Origin: Octopus sinensis
Taxonomy: Eukaryota
Assembly (NCBI RefSeq): GCF_006345805.1
Contig: NC_042999.1
Location: 94,550,001-94,614,000, forward strand
DNA: 64,000 nt
Reading direction: 5' to 3'
Shown here: positions 52,677-64,000 of the stretch, piece by piece
How positions within the stretch are numbered: position 1 is the first letter of the stretch
How the letters are laid out: the number at the start of each line of letters is the position of its first letter
Made by a program: the position numbers and the translations under genes
The notes under the pieces: model-generated
Database searches by the model: none
Told to the model about the DNA's origin: nothing
The model's input: the letters and a program-made list of their open reading frames with translations, nothing else

Positions 52677-55469
52677 GTAAATACGTCTTCCTCAATTTGA
52701 AGAGCAGTAAATTGTCAACGCTCTTGTCTTAAAGCTTCAGAATGATAGGCCAAAAATAGGTCACGTTCGAATTTGTATCTTGGTTACAGGAAACGTAATT
52801 GCACACAAAATTATGAGTAGCGTTAGGATTCGAAAACAAATTTCAATCATGATGTGTGGTATAAGTGTTTTTGATGTATAGACTAACTATATTGAATCAA
52901 GAGCAAAATCAACCTGGGATGTATTCCCACTAGTTTTTCATTTCTTACTATTTTTTCTGAATTATGTATATCAATTTATGTATAGATTTTCGCAATGACA
53001 GTCTGGTTAACTTTCTGAACATTGGTTGTTTTTCAAAAGTACCAGAATCTAATATCTTCAAACTTGGAAATTATAAGAAAATGCTGGAACAGATCTGCTA
53101 ACATGACTATTTGTGTCTGATTGCAGAATGAGTATATTTGTGTGTGATTGCGGAATGAGTATATTTGTGTGACAAGAAAAAACCAAAGTAATAGAAACAG
53201 AGTTTATGTGAGCACATTTGATTTCAGAAAATCTTATAAAAGTTTAACAATTGGTAATGTATATTGCGCTTAATGAAAACATTGAAACTTGTGGTATATA
53301 TAGAATATTATATAGTTATATAGTTTACTGTTTTGCTGTTTGTTGTTACGATAGAAAGTTCAATATGGTCATTAAACTGACTCACCTCCAACAGTCAATA
53401 ACGTAATAGATATTGTTCTGTTGTTTTTTTAATGTTTTCTAATAAGAACAGAACAAGATATCACAGAAATTAAACATACGCTATGGCGCTGGAAGACTAA
53501 TGTTCTAATATTATATACTTACATGAAGTTGAATGTGAAGATAAATTTTACGCCAAAGTAAACCAATCTAATGATGTGTGGTAGTGGTGAGTTCAATAGG
53601 GAAAGTTAATAAAAACCTTGTGTTATGAAACAACGAGGAAAATGTGTAATTTTATTAGTTTTCTTATAACCTCAGGTGTAAAAGGAAGACGAAATAAATA
53701 ACAGCTCGCTTGAACATTTAGTTTTTCGGTAGATGAAATTAAAACAGCGGAAGAGCCCACTGTGACTAAATATACATAACCGATTACATACATGCGTGAC
53801 TGCTGACATATTGCAATTTAGAGCTTCAAGGTGTACACAAGACAACTTCACGGCTGTCGACATATTGAGGTTTTCGGCTTCAAAGTGTGCACAAAACAGT
53901 AAAATAAGATAAGAACTCGTATTTCTATCGCTTTTATCTCTTTTACTCTTTAGCTTTATTTTCAATTTTGTTTTTACAACAACCCTCCAATGGCTGATTC
54001 TTCTGAAAATAGATACGGCACAGAATGGTAGTTTTATATTCCAATAACATGTTGTTTTTTTTTTTTATTTCTCATGGATTATTTTGCTGGGTTTTTTTGT
54101 AGATGACTTTTCTTTTCATCAGTATATGTTTTTTCGCTTTCCTACCAGAAATATTATATGGTGTCGCGCATAAGTTATATATTTGGTCAAATCATCTAAC
54201 AAAAGTAATAATTAATGGCTACACTATACCACCATCATGATCATCGTCGTGATAGTCGTCATCACATCAAGGGAATTTGATTCATTATCGTCTGTTCTTC
54301 ATTATCATTATTTTCATCACCACCGTCGTCATCATCTTCATCATCATCATCATCACCATCGTGTTAGCATCAACAATGATAACGCTACTGATTATGGACT
54401 TGTTTTCGTTATCTCAAAACTGATGTTGTTATTGTATTCAGTACAAATACTTTTACCTATTTTACAGCTGCTTAGTTATTTTAATGTATTTCATTACACC
54501 AGTAGACACGATGGTAATTGGTAAATAAATAATTAATGTTAGAATGTTTTGTTTTATTGTCCACAAGGGCTTACACGTTGGCAGCATTACTAATGCGAAA
54601 TACTGCAGTAAAAAGAAGACAGAATGCGGTATTTACATAGTAAAGAATACGAATGAGATAAATATAATTGTAATCATTATCAAAGAGCAAATTTAAATAT
54701 TAATAAATAACAATAAAATTTTGAACATCCAAATAACATATTTAAGGGATGGTGAATGGTTGCCAACTACAAAGATTTATTCAAAGTATTCCATATGCAA
54801 TCTCAGAGTTACCTGAGACTCCAAGGTTCAGAAGTTCAGTACACCCAATCCTTGATGGGATATTATAGTCACCCAAATTTATTTCATATATTCATGTTAA
54901 TTTCTTCATTTATTCTCCTTTCATAAAGTTTACGAAAGGGCAGCATATTTCATTTCACATTCCTTTCTCTCTACAAGCTGTATGTATTGACATTGGCAAG
55001 TGATTGAAGTAAGAAAAATCGGGTTTACAAACACTTCAATCACGTTCACCACAAAACATTATCCGCCATAGTTGTAAAGTAGATGAAAACTACTAATTCT
55101 TCCTTGCTAAAGGAAGTTGGGGGAAAGCAATAACATATAGTCGAGAATCAAATCCGTTCCACAAATCAATGAACGAATGCGTGCAAGACAGTCTCAATAT
55201 TTTACATGCATCTTTGACAGCAATTGTTGTTGGGTATAAATCCATTAGCATCCGCATAATGAATTTATACTAAAGGAGTTTGTACTCAGTAACTAAGTCA
55301 CTCTAATAAGTCGGTTCAAAGAATGGCTCCATGGTTTTCTTAGCATATATTTGCCACTAGCACACATTAAACAGCGATGTTTCACGTTTCTTAACTACAT
55401 TGTCAAACAGATAGGGTAAAGTAGGCACATGAAAATATCTCAAGTAGTAATAATCATTTCATTTATTTG

Positions 55470-55652
55470 CCACCAGGGCGAAAGATGTGGGGACAATACA
55501 AAGAGAAACATAAAGTAACAGAAATAATAATACACATAGGCACAAGGCATGAAATTTACGGGGAGGAAAACTGTATATTACATCAACCCCATTGTTCAAC
55601 TGGTACTTATCGATTCTGAAAGAATGAAAGGCAAAGTCAACCTCAGGGGAAT
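55470..55652 (-). mobile_element. OR-like SINE, partial
   Basis: tacatcaaccccattgttcaactggtacttatcgattctgaaagaatgaaaggcaaagtcaacctcag. Confidence 0.6.
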
Positions 55653-55697
55653 AATAATAATAATATTAACAACAACAACAATAACAACAACAACAAC

Positions 55698-55772
<75 letters not shown>

Positions 55773-56150
55773 CGGACACCGTCGGCCGGATATAGACATG
55801 CTAAATAAGAGACACAAATACTGTCAGATAATTGATGTAGCCATACCAAGTGATATGAATGTTGTGAGTCAAGAGGGTGAGAAAAATCACCAACTACACC
55901 GAATTCAAAGTGGAAATGGCAAGAATGCATGGAATGCGAGAGGGTAATGTAAAAGTGATACTAGTGGTGATCGGAGTGCTGGGCTCAATCTCATTGAAAC
56001 TTCAGAACTTCTTAAGGCAACTGGAAATCCCATGCGAGAGTGATGTCTTGCCAAAAGCAGCCTTGTTGGAAACAGTGCACATCTTAAGGAAAATATTATG
56101 TCAGAGGTCCTTGTGACTTGACAGATGACTAAAGACTCCACTGCAATTTT
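55773..56150 (+). mobile_element. R4/Dong-type LINE 3' fragment (REL domain) between two (TAA)n tracts
   Basis: HRRPDIDML..CQIIDVAIPSD..KITNYTEFKVEMARM..LVVIGVLGSI..KAALLETVHILRKIL (one frameshift). Confidence 0.8.
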
Positions 56151-56233
56151 ACCTACACTGTGTTACGAAGGAATAATAATAATAGTAATACTTATGAAAT
56201 AATAATGATAACAGCAACAACAACAACAACAAC

Positions 56234-56265
<32 letters not shown>

Positions 56266-56266
<1 letters not shown>

Positions 56267-56480
56267 GATGAAGCCCAAGTCAGTTCCCTTGTTGATACGG
56301 CGTTTACCTTCAGTGCAGATACCAGACAGAAGTTCGGAATGAGAAAGTGTAGTGTGTTAGTCTTGAAGAGAGGCAAAATCAAATGTATGGACGAGCTAAC
56401 GATACGATCGGGGGACGTTATGCAGCAGATAGAAGAGACAGGTTATAAGTACTTGGGGATTTGGGAAATGGATTCCTGGG
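56266..56480 (+). mobile_element. R4/Dong-type RT fragment starting at (TAA)n
   Basis: QVSSLVDT..FS..KFGMRKCSVLVLKRGK..ETGYKYLGIWEMD. Confidence 0.75.
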
Positions 56481-56519
56481 CTCCGCCTCAACAAACTCAG
56501 CCATTGCTTTCTTCACAGA

Positions 56520-56830
56520 ATCTCAATCCAGTGGAATAACAACACTGCTTACGCAAACCGTCAATACGTTTATTGGAGGCTGTTGGGCTGATGATAGGCG
56601 TTGTATTGATTTATTTAATTTCATACTTACCTAAGTAACTTTAGCTCACGTGTATTTTGTGTGATGGGTATTCAAATTGGATGCTTTAAATAAGTTAATT
56701 TCAAAACATGATTTTGAAAATAAGAGTGTGATTTTTGTTTCTTTGATAAATCACCATGTGAGGAGGGCATTCTCTAACGAACTGCTTGCATGTATAGTTG
56801 TATAGGTGGGACCTGTAGTCAATTGGTATG
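56520..56830 (-). pseudogene. Possible highly decayed PLE GIY-YIG C-terminus
   Basis: Minus-strand QLYMQ..RMPSSHGDL..YFQNH..RELKLL..INQYNAY..PNSL has the spacing of PLE endonuclease ends; many stops. Confidence 0.3.
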
Positions 56831-57699
56831 CCTTTGGGGATTTTTGTTTTGTCAGTAGCTTTATTTATTTACTGAAGTAATGATTTCTTCGCGCGTGTGA
56901 GTGTGTGAGCGCGCACATGTGTAGCTGCGCGCATACCATGTGTGCAATTTATATCAGTTGATTATTTAGAATGAGCTGGTTTGAAAACCGTTTATTTCGA
57001 TAAGTAATTAAAAGTGTATTCTGCTGGCTAGTGGAGTGAGAGGTCGATAGCTTTTTAGTGAAAATATCTCTTCATTTCCATTTGGACAAACAACTGAGCA
57101 AGGGCGTTTGAGTGTTAGCGTGTATGTGTGTTGGTTTTTATTCCTTTCGGATTTGAGATTCCTTTAAGAAATATAAATGTACGTTGTAAGTACGAGAGGT
57201 TGATGCATCTGATTACTTCGTGTAGTATTGTTCAAATTTGGGTACTTGTTCAGTGGTTAAGGCACAAAATAAAATGCATCAGTGGTTGGTAACGATGTTT
57301 GTGAATGCTAATATATATAACATAATTAATACATGATATGATATAATACAATATAACATATGATAATATATGTTATATATAATAAATATATATATATTTT
57401 GTTGTGCCTGGGGCAAGTCATACTGTCTTAAAGTCTTAATTATCTTAATGTCATATCAACTAACAGACATACCAGTTTGATATCGACTCATTTATTATTT
57501 ATATTACTTTTTCTTTCAAAATCTTCGTTCTGTTTGCAACCTTGTCAATGGATGTTGATTCAACGACAATTTGGGAAGAAACAAAATATAAATAAAAAAT
57601 GAATAGAAACCAAACCGGTTGGTGTGTTTGATAAGGCATCAATTCAGTATAACTCTACCCCGACGCAACAAAATTTGTTTCAACATACCAATCCACATA

Positions 57700-59185
57700 C
57701 AGAATCTGGGTAGAGGTAGGGGTCCACCAAGGCTCAGTCCTCAGCCCCCTCCTATTTATCATAGACCTCCAGGCAATAACGGAGGAATTCAAGACAGGAT
57801 GCCCTTGGGAGCTCCTCTATGCTGATGACCTTGCTCTAATTGCTGAGTCACTATCAGAACTGGAGGAGACGTTTCAGGTGTGGAAACAAGGATTAAAATC
57901 GAAGGGCCTTAGAGTCAATCTAGCTAAAACCAAAGTCGTAATCAGTAGGAAGGTAGACAAATCACAAACGCTTTCAGGTAGATGGCCCTGCTCGATCTGT
58001 AGAAAAGGTGTAGGTAGAAACTCTATAAGATGCACCAAGTGTAAGCTATGGACACATAAGAGGTGCAGCAATGTCAAAGGAAGGCTAACTAGGAAGATGG
58101 TTTTTGTATGTGGCAGATGCTCAGGAACAATAAACACTGAAAATGCTCTGAGACCAACTTCCGTCACTTTCCAGGGAGAAAAACTAGAAATAGTTGATAG
58201 CTTCCGTTACCTAGGTGACCAAGTCAGCAGCGGGGGCGGGTGTGCTGAAAGTGTAACTGCTAGAGTAAGAATAGCTTGGGCAAAGTTCAGAGAGCTCTTA
58301 CCTCTGCTGGTGACAAAAGGCCTCTCGCACAGAGTAAAAGGCAGACTGTATGATGCGTGTGTACGAACAGCCATGCTACATGGCAGTGAAACATGGGCCG
58401 TGACTGCTGAGGATATGCGTAAGCTCGCAAGAAATGAAGCCAGTATGCTCCGATGGATGTGTAATGTCAGTACTCATACTCGACAGAGTGTAAGTACCTT
58501 GAGAGAAAAGCTGGACCTAAGAAGCATCAGTTGTGGTGTGCAAGAGAGACGTTTGCGCTGGTATGGGCATGTGGCGAGAATGGATGAAGATAGTTGTGTG
58601 AAAAAGTGCCTCACCCTAGCGGTTGAGGGAACCTGTGGAAGAGGCAGATCCAGGAAAACCTGGGACGAGGTGGTGAAGCACGACCTTCGAACTTTAGGTC
58701 TCACTGAGAAAATGACTAGAGACCGAGACCTCTGGAAGTATGCTGTGCGCGAGAAGACCCGGTAGGACAAGTGAGACCATAACCCGTGGCCTTCTACATG
58801 GGATGGAGTCAGCCTACGTATGCATACCTTCCCTTCTTGGGACACAAAACTCTACTTGTGAAGACCTGTTGAGGCAAGTGAGGATCAGAATCGAAATCGA
58901 TCAATGGAAATTGCAGCTGAGTTCCCAGTGCCGGTGGCACGTAAGAGAACCGTCCGTTCGTGACCGTTGCCAGCGCCGCCCCGACTGGCCTCGTGCCGGT
59001 GGCACGTAAAAAGCACCCACTACACTCACGGAGTGGTTGGCGTTGGGAAGGGCATCCAGCCGTAGAAACACTGCCAGATCAGACTGGGCCTGATGCAGCC
59101 TTCTGGCTTCACAGACCCCAGCTGAACCGTCCAACCCATGCTAGCAAGGAAAGCGGACGCTAAATGGTGATGATGATGATGATGA
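57700..59185 (+). mobile_element. 5'-truncated young RTE-clade LINE with 3' UTR and (GAT)n tail
   Basis: Intact RT C-terminal ORF, GC-richer 3' UTR (gtgccggtggcacgtaa twice, ggttggcgttgggaagggcatccagccgtagaaac) and tail gatgatgat at ~59167-59185. Confidence 0.92.
57710..58765 (+). CDS. RTE reverse transcriptase C-terminal 352 codons containing an inserted C4HC3 (PHD-like) zinc finger
   Basis: VGVHQGSVLSPLLF, LLYADDL, LRVNLAKTK, [CSICRKGVGRNSIRCTKCKLWTHKRC..CGRC], FRYLG, MLHGSETW, RLRWYGHVARM, GRSRKTW; no stops in frame from 57710. Confidence 0.88.
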   Translation, partial: VEVGVHQGSVLSPLLFIIDLQAITEEFKTGCPWELLYADDLALIAESLSELEETFQVWKQGLKSKGLRVNLAKTKVVISRKVDKSQTLSGRWPCSICRKGVGRNSIRCTKCKLWTHKRCSNVKGRLTRKMVFVCGRCSGTINTENALRPTSVTFQGEKLEIVDSFRYLGDQVSSGGGCAESVTARVRIAWAKFRELLPLLVTKGLSHRVKGRLYDACVRTAMLHGSETWAVTAEDMRKLARNEASMLRWMCNVSTHTRQSVSTLREKLDLRSISCGVQERRLRWYGHVARMDEDSCVKKCLTLAVEGTCGRGRSRKTWDEVVKHDLRTLGLTEKMTRDRDLWKYAVREKTR

Positions 59186-59208
59186 TATACCTGTCTGCAT
59201 GTATGTAC

Positions 59209-59287
<79 letters not shown>

Positions 59288-59454
59288 GAGAAATATTCAC
59301 GCATATAATGATCAATGATGATTGCCCCAATTTGTCAGATGATATCGGCTCACATTCAGCCAAATTTGTTTGAATTACTTTCATTCTTGCATGTGCTAGG
59401 TTATGAGATTTCACTACGCGTCTCTCTCCATGGGATTTTATAAAATACTTAAAG

Positions 59455-59649
59455 CAGAGTTTCTCAACCACTTTCTTATATATGGATCCTCTTGATTACT
59501 ATCTTAATCTAGTGGAACCCCATTCGATGTTTAAAAACTAGTTTTATAGGCAATTCTTTCAATATTTCTTAGTGTAGGTTTCTTTCTCTGATGTTTTACA
59601 TTAGGGAAAGAAACCTAGCTGTTTCTTGCAATACATACCAATACATATA

Positions 59650-59687
<38 letters not shown>

Positions 59688-59810
59688 CAAAAAAGTTTCA
59701 TGGGCACTTAAAATAATTTTGTGGATCCCCAATTCACTATTTTACTGCGTGGGCCTCCAAAAATTTTATATGGGCCCGCAAGTACCATGTAGAACCCGGT
59801 TGAGGATCTA
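59455..59810. mobile_element. Possible decayed hAT-type MITE with internal (TA)n
   Basis: Left cagagtttctcaacc and right ggttgaggatc resemble CAG..TTCTCAACC-type TIRs; TSD not identified. Confidence 0.35.
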
Positions 59811-60271
59811 AATTTTATGCGAACCAAGAAACAAAATATTAGCGAGGTACATGTACGTCATAAGAGTTTAAATGACAGAAGGTCGTACTATACATTTGCC
59901 ACTCCCTAGTTGTCATAGTAGGTTTCACTAACAAGATTTATGTTGGTGTACCTTTCTCCCAGAAGAGCTACTTTCCCCACGTCTTTGATGAATAGAACAG
60001 GCGTATCTACTTCACCTGGAAAATCTATTTTTTAAAATTTAATCACTTGTGTTATACATGGTTTAATGTTACCAAATCATATATAAAATCAAAGAAATAA
60101 ACAAAAACTCTTACTATCAGCCAACCAACGTACCATAAGCAAATAAATAACACTCTTTCAGCAAATATAATCGACAGACCGCTGAGACAGCACGGGGAAC
60201 CAATGAAAACCGAAACATCAAACACAAGCACATGATGATACGCATACACCAACGGATATATGTATATATAT

Positions 60272-60316
<45 letters not shown>

Positions 60317-60591
60317 TATATATATATTATATATATATAATACATACATACACAAGCAACAAATCGTCAAATTCAAGAACCCTCTCTAGTGACACTTTGT
60401 ACCATGCGGAAAGGAAAAGTTCACAATCTCCCCCTTCTTTAAGTTATGATCGGACAACGATCATTTCCGGAAATATAAAGATTAACTCTTCAACAAAAGG
60501 TGCAAACCATTACTGAACACAAAAAATGATACGCCAACTCCGCCCCCATCCAAACACATAAAGTGATCCTCTCCTTATATATATATATATT

Positions 60592-60636
<45 letters not shown>

Positions 60637-60803
60637 TAAACATGTTTCTGATATCTCATCAACAACAACACCCCAGACACACAACTAAAGCATAGAAAAT
60701 TACAAAAACAAACAATTTTGAAAAAAAACATCTGACCAAAATTCAACTATTTGAATGCCTTCAGAAAACACTACATTAACATATAAATATGTGAGTGTGT
60801 ATG

Positions 60804-60836
<33 letters not shown>

Positions 60837-60842
60837 TCACAC

Positions 60843-60877
<35 letters not shown>

Positions 60878-60967
60878 ACTCTTTGACTGCTATTTCTAAA
60901 TTCGGTATGTGGTAAGGCAATTCGTTGCTAAACCCTTTATTGCTTAGTATTACTTATATTATATATA

Positions 60968-61018
<51 letters not shown>

Positions 61019-61040
61019 ATTTATACATATATATTATATA

Positions 61041-61093
<53 letters not shown>

Positions 61094-61439
61094 TATATAT
61101 GTTTGTATAAAATATGTGTTTATAAATTATAGAAGTACCACCTTTTAGCAATTTAACACTGAAATAACAATGATATAATTAAATTATACCATATAGAAAA
61201 AATTAAATATATGATAAAATATATACTAATAATTAAGTAAAGTACAAAATAATATATAATATATGATATAGTATATAATTAGTAAAAAGACAAGACGTGT
61301 TTGGTGGCTATATTTTAAAAATATATAAATATATACATGCATATATAGACACATACAAATATACACATGTGTCACCTGAAGATCGCAGTGGCGCAAAACT
61401 CGAGTCGCAAAACAAATACACTGGGTGTGAGTTTGTGTA

Positions 61440-62030
61440 TATTTGTATACAATAAATTTCTATGGGCAGCACAAGCATTTGGTGGCTTGGAGTCAAGTGT
61501 TGGCGCCAGCGACATATAAATATCAATAAAAAGTTGGATCTTTACAAATCACTTGTCTTACCATCCCTGTTGTATTCTTGTGAAACACAGACATATTATG
61601 AAAGATATTCTAAATTGTTAGAAAGATTTCACCAAAATGCCTTCATCGCATTTTAAACATTAAATAGAGGTCTTTTGCTCCAAATACAGATGCCCTTGCA
61701 TCTGGAAGCATCACCTCAATAAAGCTATGATTTTGAGAAACCAAACACGGTGTGGCCGTATTGTTCGAATGGTGGATGAACGCACGCCCAAACAGCTGTT
61801 TTATGGTGAGCTTGCAGAGGGGAGACGCTATCGGCGTAAACCCCCCAAAAAGGTTTAAGGACGGCATAAAGACTACTGCGAAGTCAATTGGAATGGATCT
61901 AGAGGACATAGAAACACTTGCTTTGGTTCGAGCTGGAGGGAAAATAAAACTGTGGAGTGGTGTGAAAGAAATTAAAGAGACCAGGATAACGCATGCAAGA
62001 CTCGAGAGAGATTTAAGGAAGATGCCAGGA
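61440..62030 (+). pseudogene. Older RTE (BovB-like) LINE ORF C-terminal fragment
   Basis: KLDLYKSLVLPSLLYSCET..LLERFHQ..RILNIK..RIVRMVDERTPKQLFYGEL.EG.R....PKRFKDGIK, with frameshifts. Confidence 0.8.
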
Positions 62031-62165
62031 GGTTGGCAAATCGGATGTGCAATTTATGTGGGTGTCTTTTCAAATCATTGTCTGGTTTTTAAAAACCACA
62101 TCATGTTCTAAGGTATAGGTACAGGTGGTGGTCAACTCAGAATAAGGAGTAGACAACTACCAATA

Positions 62166-62226
<61 letters not shown>

Positions 62227-62509
62227 CAACAATTGAGGGTAAAATTAATTAATTATTAATCAATTTCACCAAGTATTCAGTATGTAAAGGGACCATTTAA
62301 GGCGAATTCAAATTATTACATTATATAAAAGGGCTTAGTAAAATAAATTACTTTGCCACATACTGAACTCATTAGAAATAGTAGCTAAAAAAACTTTTTT
62401 AAAACTATTTCTAATACTTAAAGAAAATCTCTCTCATATAGTGTTTGCTCAATTCAACTCACGAAAGTATGGGGGTAAAGACATTAAAAAATCAAATGCA
62501 AAGGTTATT

Positions 62510-62561
62510 TGAGAACGTACGTTTCAAGATTAGTCAACTCGACATTTCTATCATCAGCTCG
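62510..62561 (-). ncRNA. Type I hammerhead motif (mirror copy)
   Basis: Reverse complement of 62851-62902; one stem I position differs (C for T). Confidence 0.7.
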
Positions 62562-62850
62562 GAACTCCTGGTTTGGATTTGAAAACACTGAAAGTGGGAG
62601 CATACCCTTTCGGCTTCTTATCGCTTCTGAAGATCTGCTCGAAACTAACAGTGCCAGCAAACCCAAAATATGCAAGCGAAGAATTTCTGCTCTCCCCTTT
62701 CCACCAGCGTGGGTTAAAATCTATTTAATGCTTCGGATTTTACCGAAAAAGCATAGTGTTTACTGATTTCGAGCAGATCTTCAGAAGCGATAAGAAGCCG
62801 AAAGGGTATGCTCCCACTTTCAGTGTTTTCAAATCCAAACCAAGGAGTTC

Positions 62851-62902
62851 TGAGCTGATGATAGAAATGTCGAGTTGACTAATCTTGAAACGTACGTTCT
62901 CA
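62851..62902 (+). ncRNA. Type I hammerhead ribozyme motif
   Basis: TGAG-CTGATGA(62855-61)-T-AGA-AAT-GTC(GAGTT)GAC-TAA-TCT-T-GAAA(62887-90)-CGTACG-TT-CTCA; palindromic stem III ACGTACGT, GUU site after 62898; U.U at 10.1/11.1. Confidence 0.75.
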
Positions 62903-63094
62903 AATAACCTTTGCATTTGATTTTTTAATGTCTTTACCCCCATACTTTCGTGAGTTGAATTGAGCAAACACTATATGAGAGAGATTTTCTTTAAGTATTA
63001 GAAATAGTTTTAAAAAAGTTTTTTTAGCTACTATTTCTAATGAGTTCAGTATGTGGCAAAGTAATTTATTTTACTAAGCCCTTTTATATAATGT

Positions 63095-63196
<102 letters not shown>

Positions 63197-64000
63197 GCAT
63201 ATATATATATACGTATGCATGTACGTATATGTATATATATATATATATATAATTATATATTATGTGTGTGTATATATATGTATGTATACACATGTATGTG
63301 TATGCATAGCCATAAAATATATATATGCCTATGCGTACGTCATTGTCTTGCTGTGTGCGTGTGTGTGTATGCATGAATGTATGTATGCATAATCGCTAGG
63401 CAATAAGAATAAAACCAGAAGACTGTGACTATGTTATCGTTATTAGTCGCCATAATCATGTAAGAAATACTTTAAAGAATTTTCTTAGATATGAGTGACC
63501 ATATTGTTTTAATGATAATTAATACCATATTGATGTCTGACCTACAACATTGTAATTCCTGCTTCATCTTCATTTTACATTATCGCATATGCTTCATTAG
63601 ACATGAAAAATTTCGTCACTATAGAATGTTGTTATCAGTAATTGGCTATTGAATTTATTTCAGAACAGGGACATTGTATGATTTATGATCACACGGTTTA
63701 TTTTCTTGAGTCTATCGTGCCTTATACAAAAATATGAGTGGATTTTGGTAAACGCTGACTAACCACTTTATATCTATTGAGATTGGTGTAAGCATCTACA
63801 AACAAAATTCGCCTTAATCTGAAAATGCCATAACTCCCCACTGCAAAATCTCTATTAATATAGAAATCAAATTTCAAATAATATATGATATCCTAGTGTG
63901 AAAATAGTCATTACTCGATATACAATCATATGATACTCTACGAGTAAATGTAGTTGATTGATCTGATAGAAATAGCAGTTCAATCTTTGTTAAATCACAT

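Noticed and set aside
58920-59075. HDV-like ribozyme in the RTE 3' UTR (gtgccggtggcac repeats)
   Set aside because: I could not build the nested double pseudoknot by eye, and RTE HDV-like ribozymes are normally at the 5' end; needs a descriptor search.
60420-60500. Minus-strand TTGAAGA...GAAATGATCGTT hammerhead-like string
   Set aside because: No stem I or stem II pairing.
60635-60665. Minus-strand TTGATGA-gatatca-GAAA-CATG-TT next to (TA)n
   Set aside because: Palindromic stem III is present, but C3 is lost without compensation and stem I does not pair; at most a fossil.
62621-62660. Second hammerhead-like CTGAAGA-tctgctc-GAAA at the loop junction
   Set aside because: No stem II pair, G at position 17 on the plus strand and no stem I on either strand.

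Overview
AT-rich, microsatellite-dense eukaryotic DNA with no prokaryotic genes, CRISPR arrays, rRNA genes or bona fide tRNA genes. The SINE families present look like the tRNA-derived SINEs of octopus, so a coleoid cephalopod genome is likely; this is recognition from memory, not a database result. Nearly all real coding signal is transposon-derived: a head-to-head Penelope-like element (PLE; RT + GIY-YIG) at 43.2-49.2 kb, 6-7 R4/Dong-type REL LINE fragments abutting (TAA)n, two RTE LINEs, a Tx1/L1-like 3' end, two mariners, a DD37D fragment, a Helitron deletion derivative and many SINEs. No host gene could be assembled; only a few candidate (micro)exons were seen. The main discovery is a set of eight type I hammerhead-ribozyme motifs at five loci. 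Six lie in three separate foldback (inverted-dimer) elements at 7.6-8.1, 43.2-49.2 and 62.2-63.1 kb. In each, both 3' ends point outward towards (TA)n and one arm is shorter at its outer end. The PLE hammerhead carries the rare U3:A8 core covariation. All ribozyme calls are by-eye motif and pairing assignments, and activity is untested.
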